Shown here one piece after another: positions 18,002-30,625 of a stretch of DNA of 64,000 nucleotides; the first letter of the stretch is position 1, and the number at the start of each line of letters is the position of its first letter. This DNA comes from Eledone cirrhosa. Its lineage: Eukaryota. The notes under the pieces were generated by a model. It ran no database searches, was not told the origin of the DNA, and worked only from the letters and a program-made list of their open reading frames with translations. The translations under genes were made by a program, and so were the position numbers. The DNA is taken from contig OZ024741.1 of NCBI GenBank assembly GCA_964016885.1, positions 137,578,001 to 137,642,000 of the forward strand, read 5' to 3'.

Positions 18002-18712
18002 ATATATATATATATATATATCTGTCTATCTATCTATCTGTATATCTATCTATTAATCCATGTATCTACTTACCCATAGCTACTTATCCACATCAATCCA
18101 TCCACCTGTCCCTATCTACTTATCCATATCTAACTATTTATTCATCCGTCCAATCTATCCATTCACATCTATTGATCAATCCATATGTCTAATCTATCAA
18201 TCCATCCTTGTTTATCGATCTATCTATCCATCCATATGTATTTATCTAACCATATTTATCTACCTATCTGTCTGTTTTTTGTTATTTCATAATTCGTTAA
18301 TTATTTTTCTTTCTCTTTTTTTTTTATGTGTACCTGCACTCATTCTTTTCATACCTTCTTCCATCATTCATTCCTATTTCATCTATCAGTTGTTCAGTCA
18401 GTCTGTCATGTCAGTTCAATGTGGTTCTTTTGTGTCTGTGTATCTGTCTTATCTCACTTGTAAACACATACACACACTTTCAACCTTGCCATTCCCTTGT
18501 ATATGTGTGTTTGTGCATAGACCAATAAAAACTAAAAGTCAGTTGTAGGTAGAGAGTTAGTTCATATATATATATATATATAGTAATAAGAATATTTATA
18601 TTTATATATGTTTGATACAACTACAAATATGGAGGGTAGTACTAAGTACTAGCCGGTTACCGGTATGACAAAAGGTTCAATACAAATTTTCGAGTGTTTT
18701 ACAGAGCCGAGA

Positions 18713-19799
18713 TACAAAGTGTTATACCGATCGAATTTTAATTTAGAACATTTATTTGCTACAATTGTTTCTTCCAGAGGGAAGTCTGGAATCATCGGAG
18801 CATAGGGAATGTTGAAACATGTAACTAAATTCCTAGTCATTTAGAATATTTAGGGTACATAATTGTTTTTAGTGTCAAAGGCATCATGTGGAGAGTCAGA
18901 AGTTAAAAAGATGTTTTTCTTGAAAGAACACAATTACAGGCATCACTCGTTGAGAGTGTAAGATGTATAAGCGAAAAGCACAAGCAAAAATATATTCAGG
19001 GGAAAAGATACAGTGAAAAAAAGCTATAAGTAATTGTTGTACAATGCAGGAGTCAATACAGTCAATAAGGAATGTATGAGGAAAGAGTTATAATGCAGTT
19101 GAAATAAACATATTTTGTGTGGGGTGTTAAATCATGTTATAATTGTTATAAATGTTAAAGATAGTGTGCAATTTGTCAGAGAGGCATGTGTTGATAATGC
19201 AGGTATTTGTTATGTAAGGTGTAATGCTAAGCACGTGATAGATATAATAGTAATTTGTAGATAAAACATGATTAAAAAATGCATAAGATAATATACCTAC
19301 AATAACAACATGGCTTAGCATTACACCTTACATAACAAATACCTACATTATCACCACATGCCTATCTAACAAATTGCACACTATCTTTAACATTTATAAC
19401 AATTATAACATGATTTAACACCCCACACAAAATATGTTTATTTCAACTGCATTATGACTGTATCGACTCCTGCATTGTACAACAATTTATAACTTTTTTT
19501 TACTGCATTTTTTTCCCTGAATGTTTTTTTGCTTGTGCTTTTCGCTTATACATCTTACACTCTCAACCAGTGCTGCCTGTAATTGTGTTCTCTCAAGCAA
19601 AACATCTTTTTAACTCCTGACTCTCTACATGATGCCTTTGACACTAAAAACAATTATGTACCCTAAATATTCTAAATGACTAGGATTTTAGTTACATGTT
19701 TCAACATTCCCTATGCTCCGATGATTCCAGACTTCCCTCTAGAAGAAACAATTGTAGCAAATAAATGTTCTAAACTAAAATGTGATCGTTGTAACACTT

Positions 19800-19804
<5 letters not shown>
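18713..19804. repeat. Long imperfect inverted repeat (~500-bp arms, ~80-bp spacer)
   Basis: 18713-19232 is approximately the reverse complement of 19313-19804. The right arm has a ~30-bp deletion and ends in (TA)n. Confidence 0.9.
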
Positions 19805-19847
<43 letters not shown>

Positions 19848-19848
<1 letters not shown>

Positions 19849-20122
19849 GTAGGTCCCGGGTTGAGTCGGGGATAACCACAGTAAGTAAGGTACTCAATAC
19901 ATGGCAGAGTAAAAATTTTTATTTTATAGAAGGAGCTTCTACAGGACTAGTACTGTTTCATTCAGATGAAATCTTCAGGAAAATTTCATCATGCTTCCTG
20001 AAGATTTCATCTGGACTAGTACTGTTTCATTCAGATGAAATCTTCAGGAAGATTTCATCATGCTTCCTGAAGATTTCATCTGAATGAAACAGTACTAGTC
20101 CTGTAGAAGCTCCTTCTATAAA
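19848..20122. mobile_element. Short HHR-bearing element with inverted and duplicated ribozyme segments
   Basis: HHR on the minus strand at 19934-19980, partial duplications at 19981-20060, and an HHR on the plus strand at 20062-20110. (TA)n on both sides. Confidence 0.75.
20062..20110 (+). ncRNA. Type I hammerhead ribozyme
   Basis: GCTTC-CTGAAGA-TTTCATCTGAAT-GAAAC-AG-tactagtc-CT-GTA^GAAGC. Stem I is a perfect 5 bp. Predicted cleavage after 20105. Confidence 0.75.
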
Positions 20123-20159
20123 AAAAATATATATATATATATATATATACATATATATA

Positions 20160-21905
20160 AGGGCAAAAGAAATATTCATTGATGAATTACGAAAACTAAA
20201 CAAATTCAAGGTACGTCCAATATTCTATCATATATCTCAACACACAACCCAAGAAATGCGGAAGCTTACAACATTATTCACAAGAACATCCCACTATTGA
20301 AAAAGATCCAAGAATGAAAAAAGCCCTTGAAACACACAAAATAATCAAAAGCAAAAGACAACTGAAATCACTAAAAACATTACTCACCAATGCCAAATTA
20401 CCTACTACAAACCGACAATCAACTGTCAAAAAAGGTGGTCGCTCTAATTGTGGAACCTGCACTCACCTCATTGAAGGCAACATGCATATATTTCAATCAG
20501 GACAGAATTTTGTTGTAAAAAAATCACTTCAGTTGCTCATCAAAAAATTTAATTTATGCCATTAAATGTAAAGGGTTGCAATGAAGATTATATAGGACAA
20601 ACTAAACTCACACTCAGAAACAGAATGACAAGTCATCGCCAATAATTACAAGATCCTACCACAAGACACATACCACTCAGTGCACATCTAGACATATGCG
20701 CAAGTGATAAGACACCCAAATTCCAAGTCTTCCCATTTTATCTTTGCGCTGACAAATACGAATAAATAAGGAAAATATGTTTATTCAAATATATAGACCA
20801 GCATTAAATATAGACACATACATACACACACAGACATAACACCTTCTATATTCGAAAATAAAAACCAGAGCTAAATAAACCTTAACATACGTTAATACTC
20901 TAACACCTTGAACATGCTAACCATACCCCCCACAGACATAACTACCTCCCCCATTTCTACTAACGGAATCATTTTCCTACACACACACATACACACACAC
21001 ACAAATATATATTCTCTCCATCTTAAGATGCTAACCGTACTCCCATGCACACATACACACACACCCATATAACACCCATACACACACACACATAACTCCC
21101 TCCCCCATTTCTACTCAAAGAATCATTTTCCTACACACACACACACCAGCACACAATTAAAAATACATATCTCTACTTTCTTTATTTCAATAGAAAGTAT
21201 GAATTTTGACACCTCAGCACATCAGCCATACCCAGAACAATTCTCCCCATCCAGAACCAGAACAATTCTCCCCATCCCTCTTTTCTTGACCATTATCTTT
21301 TGTTTGGCACAACATTCTTTAAATGGCTACAAAAAATTCCCAAATACGGGCGCGAATTTAATGTACTTGTTCAAGTGACAGTCATAATTTCATTTATAAC
21401 CAATCAAATTACATTTATAAAAAAAACTTTTGAGCCAATCTTTTAAGTAAAAAGAAACTCAAACACAAACTGGCACAAAAGTTGATGTGCTTATTCACGT
21501 GACTGCATCAACCAACCAAATTTCAGTCATATATGAAAATACAATCTGACCCCACCCCCTTTTTTTTTAAAGGCAAATATAATAAGAACTTTGTAACACG
21601 ACTGGCACGAAATTTATTATACTTATTCACGTGACAGTCTTCAACCAACCAAATCCCTTTTCTAAAAACCTAGCATTTCGAACCACTTTTTTCCATATAA
21701 AACAGAAGTAACACCCGAACACCAACCGGATGCGGGAGAAACCCACAAACCCTCCATCTCAATTCTACTTTTGAAAAGCACAAGAACTGCGAAACCGGTA
21801 AAGGAACCAAATAAATATTCTTAAAAAGACTCCAGCTGCATTTTCGATTTCAGCTTTTTTTCCTTATACTTTCACTCGTCTAGGACGTCCCGTTATTTTT
21901 TTCAT
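20160..21905 (+). pseudogene. Penelope-like element 3' remnant (GIY-YIG endonuclease plus 3' region)
   Basis: CGTC linker (ORF 20314-20565) and frameshifted NL.YAIKC..C..DYIGQTKLTLRNRMTSHR (~20550-20640). A decayed minimal HHR lies at 21768-21803. Confidence 0.75.
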
Positions 21906-21923
21906 TTTGTAAAAAAAAATTTC

Positions 21924-21955
<32 letters not shown>

Positions 21956-22749
21956 CAACTAGAAATTGATTGACATTTATATATATATATACCTAAAATA
22001 AACATATGAAACAATCACAGGGGATAATTTGTAAAATGTGTAAGCACACACAGCTAGGTAGGTAACTAATTAAAGTTTAACTAGAACTTCATATATCGAT
22101 ACCTTTTAAAATGATTAATCTTCCTTGTATATATTTCATTAAAGAAATATATTTCACCATTAATCGGTAAATCACAGTAGTCAAATCGTGGATTTTCAAC
22201 AAGGGAGAAGATTTAACTATCTGTGTTTACACAGCAAATGCAAATCTGCGAATGACCCGTAGGACGTGTTGCATTTTTTTAAATACACACATCGTACCAG
22301 CGTCATCCCAGTGGCGTGAATAGGATTATCGACAGCTAGAAATAGCAGCCGAGTCCTTTCAACTGAGTTAGCTCTACAATTAAGGGGCCGTATATATATC
22401 CAAAATTAAATTAAGGGTGTCATGTCCGAGAGACATGCGCCATATCCACTGTAGAATATGCTCAAAGATTCCAATGAATAGATCAACACTCGTACACACT
22501 ATCAACACTCACAACTACCAACACCACGTGTTTTGACTTACTGTTTAACATGTATGTGTATGTGTTAATGTAAATATGAACACATGTGTACTCCATCTAT
22601 TGATGTTTACATGTCGGCAATCATTCAGTTTGTTTTTCACCACAGCATCACAGCCGTTGTGGATCTGCAGAATATAAAACTTTTGACACAATCTCTGGTA
22701 GTATATAGTACGACCCTCTTCTACCGTAACAAAGGTGCGGTGCTTCTAC

Positions 22750-23880
22750 AGAATAGTTAAAGCCTTATACATTTCTGGCAATATTTAGGTACGGCCCTTT
22801 ATGTTCTGAGTTCAATTACTCTCAGAGAATAACTTTTTTTTCGAGGTAGCATTTAATCACCCATAAAAGTTTCCCCTACAAATAACACCTTCAACATATA
22901 GATAATGCAACACAGACTTAAAAAAAACCTTTCACTATAACGGCAGGTTGATGTTTTATTGTTAAAAGTATAATGATGGATTTTTTCCATCTGGTTTTGA
23001 ATTATAGATACAATCCGCCTCTCAATCCACCACAGAGTTTTCAGCAAATCAATAGACCACACATACCAAATATAGGCATGAAAATACTAATGGGCAATAC
23101 ATCCGTCTTGTACAGAATTTCTAACAGAAATAAATATCTAATCATAGACGCAGTACCCACATCAAAATAAAATAATAAGACGGATATAAAAACCACAATA
23201 CAAAACTAACCATAGGATGTAGGAATAGGTACACAACTTATATAGGCGAGACGGTCCGTAGCATAAGAGAAAGGATAAATGAACACTGGTGAGAACTCCA
23301 AGATGGGGAAACCCATCAGTAATCCACCAACATGCCAGAATAGACACACTGGAGAACATCGAGATAAAAATAATATTCTTACACAGATCAGCTGCAATAC
23401 TACAATAACTTACAGAAACGACAAACATAAACGAACTCCACCCGAAACTAAACAGAAAACATAAATAGAATAGCAACAACATTACAACTAAATAAAGAAA
23501 TGAATATATGGAAATAGACGAATAAATAATTAAAAAACACACACAAACACTCACGCCCTTACAAAACCGAGTACAATGCATTCGCAGTTCAAATACATAG
23601 TCCACAAAAACAAGATGGTGTAGGACAAAACAAAGACGAGACACAAAATCACAACAAAGTTAGTCACTGAGGAGGTCACAGAATGCGGAACGAAAGAGCT
23701 TTAACAATCAACAACTAAACAACATCCAGTTATTAAACTAACCGACTGGGAGTTTATAATAGATTGAAGTGATCAGGTGCGTGCGTTTTTATTGGCAGAA
23801 TGACCTTTCTAAAGTGTAACAATATCTGTTTCAACAGAAGTTGAAGATAAGAAATCTTGAAAAATAAATACAAAAACGAA
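22750..23880 (+). pseudogene. Decayed Penelope-like element (second family)
   Basis: TYIGETVRSIRERINEH at ~23235-23287 is the GIY-YIG motif. An HHR-like CTGAGGA..GAAAG lies at 23662-23705. Confidence 0.6.
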
Positions 23881-23967
<87 letters not shown>

Positions 23968-24255
23968 AGGTGAACAGAAATAAAAAAAAATAACGAAACA
24001 AATGGAACAGTAGCACAGTACATGCAACAAATATATAAGTTTAACGCTTCAAATAGCCGGAAAAAGTATGTTAATGTTTCGGACATTAGTCCTTCATTAA
24101 AATAGAAGATAAATAAAAAGCAAAGAGTGATAAGAAGAAAGAATGGGAAAAATGAGGAAAAAGGGGAAAATAAAACACGCGTTTCAGCCATGTTGGAGAG
24201 TGACTGGTCAAGTGGTATCCTCCACGCGAGAGGGGTTCAGGAAGGCATATACACG

Positions 24256-24314
<59 letters not shown>

Positions 24315-24319
<5 letters not shown>

Positions 24320-25110
24320 TAACAGATTAAAGTTTAAGCTCCACTTATTACAATGAAGCTCTTGCTCGGAGTGGATTTGTCGATAAGGTAGCATATACAG
24401 AGTACGCGAATAGACCTAGAAGAAATAGATCCCGTCGCATTATATGGTATAACCCACCATATAATATGCAGGTGGCCCCACCATTAGCTAAGATCTTTCT
24501 ATCCCTTATTACGCAGCATTTTCCCCCTACACATAAATATAGTAACATTTTTAATAGAAATACTATTAAAATTTCTTACTCTACGACTCCTAACCTTCCA
24601 CATAACATCACGGCTTCAAATTTAGCTAAACTACCTAGCCGTAGGAACACGTGCAACTCTGTAGGTAGTACTAACTGTAATTGTAGGAATCGGGTTGATT
24701 GCCCCCTATCCGGGAAATGCGTCTCTAGTAACATTGTCTACAAATGTAAGGTTGAAACACCCACATCCCGTAGGGCTTACATAGGGTTAACCGCCAATAG
24801 ATTCAAGCAGCGTCTTTACATGCATACCCATTCTTTTCGGTACCCTCTAAGAAGGAATAAGACGTCACTTTCAGCTTATATCTGGAGTCTAAAAGACAAC
24901 CACACCCAATATAAGTTACACTGGGAGATCCTAGCTTGGACTAGATCGTATAACAGTAATAAAAGACCATGTGACCTCTGCGCTGCTGAGGCTCTGGAAA
25001 TACTCTACGCCACAGACCACATCTTAAACAAAAAATGAGGCAATTTCGGCTTGTAAACATAAATTGCACAAAACTTTCCTGTATTACATCCCCACATTAT
25101 ACCCTAACGG
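24315..25110 (+). pseudogene. Penelope-like element C-terminal fragment (Naiad/Neptune-type GIY-YIG)
   Basis: IIWYNPPY..FNRNTIKISYS..CNCR..CPLSGKC..NIVYKC..AYIGLT..FKQR..H..CDLCAAE (ORF 24466-25038), with a frameshifted tail EAISACKH. 5'-truncated at (TA)n. Confidence 0.85.
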
Positions 25111-26210
25111 ATAGTACGATCTATACGTGGATATTTTACGTCTTGATGTGGTAGCTAAGTATATGTTATGTTTATACCATTACTTATTTGCATAGGTAAG
25201 TATATATTACCTGTATGTTTTGTGAAGGTACGTATACTTTCTCGTACGTATATTTGATTGTATATGTTATGGCGTATATTTTTATATATTCTGGTACATA
25301 TGCTTTTGGTTATGTGTATACGGGAGTTTTGCGTCTGTGTGAGTATGCGGGTTCGTACGTATGTTGGGTATGTGTATATGCGTACTTCATGTTTTGGTTG
25401 ACGTACGTCTCCGAACATTTGAGTATTTACATGTAGGTATGTGTGTGCGCTTGTTAGATACATATTTATTTATTTATATACGTTTATTTAATTACTTATT
25501 TATTCGTATACACGCACACACACGCATATGTATATGTGCGTGGTTTTGTATACCTATGGCGAGTGATTTCGCATATGCTTGTGTATGTACGTATTTGGAT
25601 GCGTGTATGTATTTATTTAATTTCAATTACTTCTGTATTGTATTTTATTTACTTTATTCTTAACTCTGAAGCCGAGAATCATTCGGTTTCCTAGTTAGAA
25701 TTTTAGTCGACGACTTCAGCTATACCATTTACGTGGTTTTGTCTTTGCGCGCAATTGTTCTCCACGCTCCACATATGACGTATTATCTTCATTTTATTTC
25801 GTTCATTGCCAGAGAACGTCTCTATGAACCACCTAAGTGAACATTAGTCTACGACTTCTTTTATACCATAAACGTGGTTCTGTCTTTGTGTGTAATTGTT
25901 ATTCACCGCTCGTATTAATAACGTATTATATTCGTTTTTTCCCGTTCTTTGCCAGGGAACGTTTCCACGAACCAAAGTATAGTCTTCCTGTCTTCCTCCG
26001 GTTGCAACGTTTTTTGAAATATCCACTTCTGCGTTTACAGATTGACTTTGTTAGATTTAGAAGATCCCGTTAAGAGTGAAAGCAGCGATTCTTTGCTTAA
26101 ACTTTAATCTGTTATTTTAATAAATTTTTGCTCTACGGTTCTTATATATTTGATATATATTTATCCTTATCGAGCCCTCTTTGGATTTTAGTCTTCAAAT
26201 TTAATATTAT

Positions 26211-26256
<46 letters not shown>

Positions 26257-26409
26257 ATAAATGCTCTGAAATAGCGATATATATGTGAATATAGACATAG
26301 AATATTCGAAAATATTCTGTATGTTTATAATAAACATTTTGAAGACCTAATCGCTATAGAATAGAATACGTCACGTATTACAATTAGATTCTCGATAAAA
26401 GCAAGGGAA

Positions 26410-26452
26410 GTAATCTACGCGTTTCATTCTCGTTAGAAATCATCAGGACTAC
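26410..26452 (-). ncRNA. Type I hammerhead ribozyme (also at 26720-26762, 27030-27072, 27340-27382)
   Basis: Reverse complement of the motif at 27734-27776. Confidence 0.9.
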
Positions 26453-27733
26453 ATATCCAGTGCTTTTATCGAGAATGACACAGCTAGAGACTTATAGAAT
26501 ACTTAGCTGTCTACAGGAACTGGTTTGAAAGAGCGGTTGCCGGTCCGGCAGAAATTAGAAATTGGAATAAATGCTCTGAAATAGCGATATATATGTGAAT
26601 ATAGACATAGAATATTCGAAAATATTCTGTATGTTTATAATAAACATTTTGAAGACCTAATCGCTATAGAATAGAATACGTCACGTATTACAATTAGATT
26701 CTCGATAAAAGCAAGGGAAGTAATCTACGCGTTTCATTCTCGTTAGAAATCATCAGGACTACATATCCAGTGCTTTTATCGAGAATGACACAGCTAGAGA
26801 CTTATAGAATACTTAGCTGTGTACAGGAACTGGTTTGAAAGAGCGGTTGCCGGTCCGGCAGAAATTAGAAATTGGAATAAATGCTCTGAAATAGCGATAT
26901 ATATGTGAATATAGACATAGAATATTCGAAAATATTCTGTATGTTTATAATAAACATTTTGAAGACCTAATCGCTATAGAATAGAATACGTCACGTATTA
27001 CAATTAGATTCTCGATAAAAGCAAGGGAAGTAATCTACGCGTTTCATTCTCGTTAGAAATCATCAGGACTACATATCCAGTGCTTTTATCGAGAATGACA
27101 CAGCTAGAGACTTATAGAATACTTAGCTGTGTACAGGAACTGGTTTGAAAGAGCGGTTGCCGGTCCGGCAGAAATTAGAAATTGGAATAAATGCTCTGAA
27201 ATAGCGATATATATGTGAATATAGACATAGAATATTCGAAAATATTCTGTATGTTTATAATAAACATTTTGAAGACCTAATCGCTATAGAATAGAATACG
27301 TCACGTATTACAATTAGATTCTCGATAAAAGCAAGGGAAGTAATCTACGCGTTTCATTCTCGTTAGAAATCATCAGGACTACATATCCAGTGCTTTTATC
27401 GAGAATGACACAGCTAGAGACTTATAGAATACTTAGCTGTGTACAGGAACTGGTTTGAAAGAGCGGTTGCCGGTCCGGCAGAAATTAGAAATTGGAATAA
27501 ATGCTCTGAAATAGCGATATATATGTGAATATAGACATAGAATATTCGAAAATATTCAGAATATTTTCGAATATTCTATGTCTATATTCACATATATATC
27601 GCTATTTCAGAGCATTTATTCCAATTTCTAGTTTCTGCCGGACCGGCAACCGCTCTTTCAAACCAGTTCCTGTACACAGCTAAGTATTCTATAAGTCTCT
27701 AGCTGTGTCATTCTCGATAAAAGCACTGGATAT

Positions 27734-27776
27734 GTAGTCCTGATGATTTCTAACGAGAATGAAACGCGTAGATTAC
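27734..27776 (+). ncRNA. Type I hammerhead ribozyme with minimal palindromic stem III (also starting at 28044, 28354, 28664, 28974)
   Basis: GTAGTC-CTGATGA-T-TTCT-aacg-AGAA-T-GAAAC-GC-GTA^GATTAC. Distal stem I ATTCTCGATAAAAGCA (27710-27725) pairs with TGCTTTTATCGAGAAT (27783-27798). Confidence 0.92.
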
Positions 27777-29136
27777 TTCCCTTGCTTTTATCGAGAATCT
27801 AATTGTAATACGTGACGTATTCTATTCTATAGCGATTAGGTCTTCAAAATGTTTATTATAAACATACAGAATATTTTCGAATATTCTATGTCTATATTCA
27901 CATATATATCGCTATTTCAGAGCATTTATTCCAATTTCTAATTTCTGCCGGACCGGCAACCGCTCTTTCAAACCAGTTCCTGTACACAGCTAAGTATTCT
28001 ATAAGTCTCTAGCTGTGTCATTCTCGATAAAAGCACTGGATATGTAGTCCTGATGATTTCTAACGAGAATGAAACGCGTAGATTACTTCCCTTGCTTTTA
28101 TCGAGAATCTAATTGTAATACGTGACGTATTCTATTCTATAGCGATTAGGTCTTCAAAATGTTTATTATAAACATACAGAATATTTTCGAATATTCTATG
28201 TCTATATTCACATATATATCGCTATTTCAGAGCATTTATTCCAATTTCTATTTTCTGCCGGACCGGCAACCGCTCTTTCAAACCAGTTCCTGTACACAGC
28301 TAAGTATTCTATAAGTCTCTAGCTGTGTCATTCTCGATAAAAGCACTGGATATGTAGTCCTGATGATTTCTAACGAGAATGAAACGCGTAGATTACTTCC
28401 CTTGCTTTTATCGAGAATCTAATTGTAATACGTGACGTATTCTATTCTATAGCGATTAGGTCTTCAAAATGTTTATTATAAACATACAGAATATTTTCGA
28501 ATATTCTATGTCTATATTCACATATATATCGCTATTTCAGAGCATTTATTCCAATTTCTAATTTCTGCCGGACCGGCAACCGCTCTTTCAAACCAGTTCC
28601 TGTACACAGCTAAGTATTCTATAAGTCTCTAGCTGTGTCATTCTCGATAAAAGCACTGGATATGTAGTCCTGATGATTTCTAACGAGAATGAAACGCGTA
28701 GATTACTTCCCTTGCTTTTATCGAGAATCTAATTGTAATACGTGACGTATTCTATTCTATAGCGATTAGGTCTTCAAAATGTTTATTATAAACATACAGA
28801 ATATTTTCGAATATTCTATGTCTATATTCACATATATATCGCTATTTCAGAGCATTTATTCCAATTTCTAATTTCTGCCGGACCGGCAACCGCTCTTTCA
28901 AACCAGTTCCTGTACACAGCTAAGTATTCTATAAGTCTCTAGCTGTGTCATTCTCGATAAAAGCACTGGATATGTAGTCCTGATGATTTCTAACGAGAAT
29001 GAAACGCGTAGATTACTTCCCTTGCTTTTATCGAGAATCTAATTGTAATACGTGACGTATTCTATTCTATAGCGATTAGGTCTTCAAAATGTTTATTATA
29101 AACATACAGAATATTTTCGAATATTCTATGTCTATA

Positions 29137-29186
<50 letters not shown>

Positions 29187-29556
29187 GGTTTGTTGGTTCA
29201 CCACTAGATAGAACTCGTCATTCCGTATGGTCAACCTCAATGTAATATTATGGAGAGCACTCAACGCAATACAACTCACCCGTCTTCGTTTGTGTAGTTG
29301 GTGGTGAGAGTGCGGAGTTAATTATTACAAAATAACAGGAGGCTGGACTGATGAAAATCCTTGAGAGGTTTATTATACTATGATCACTTCAATGACCGGG
29401 TTCAGTATGAATTCGGTGACATCAGGGATTAAAAATATAACAAAGGAATATAACAGATAAAATCCATGGGGCTGAAAATCAGAGACAAGAGGACGGCCGA
29501 CCATTTAGCAGCTTCTACCTCTGTCGGCCGCCCCCCTCTCTCTCTTTCTCTCTCTC

Positions 29557-30620
<1,064 letters not shown>

Positions 30621-30625
<5 letters not shown>

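Larger units (their letters stand above)
26251..29140. repeat. 310-bp tandem array with a central inversion; retrozyme-like or PLE pseudo-LTR array
   Basis: Units start at 26251, 26561, 26871, 27181 and 27491. Orientation flips at 27558 and ~5 inverted units run to 29140. Units are near-identical and the array is flanked by (TA)n. Confidence 0.95.

Noticed and set aside
25660-26100. Possible HHR at the 3' end of the 24315 PLE, and a ~140-bp imperfect tandem duplication
   Set aside because: No intact CUGANGA..GAAA with pairing stems was found. The duplication is old and uninformative.
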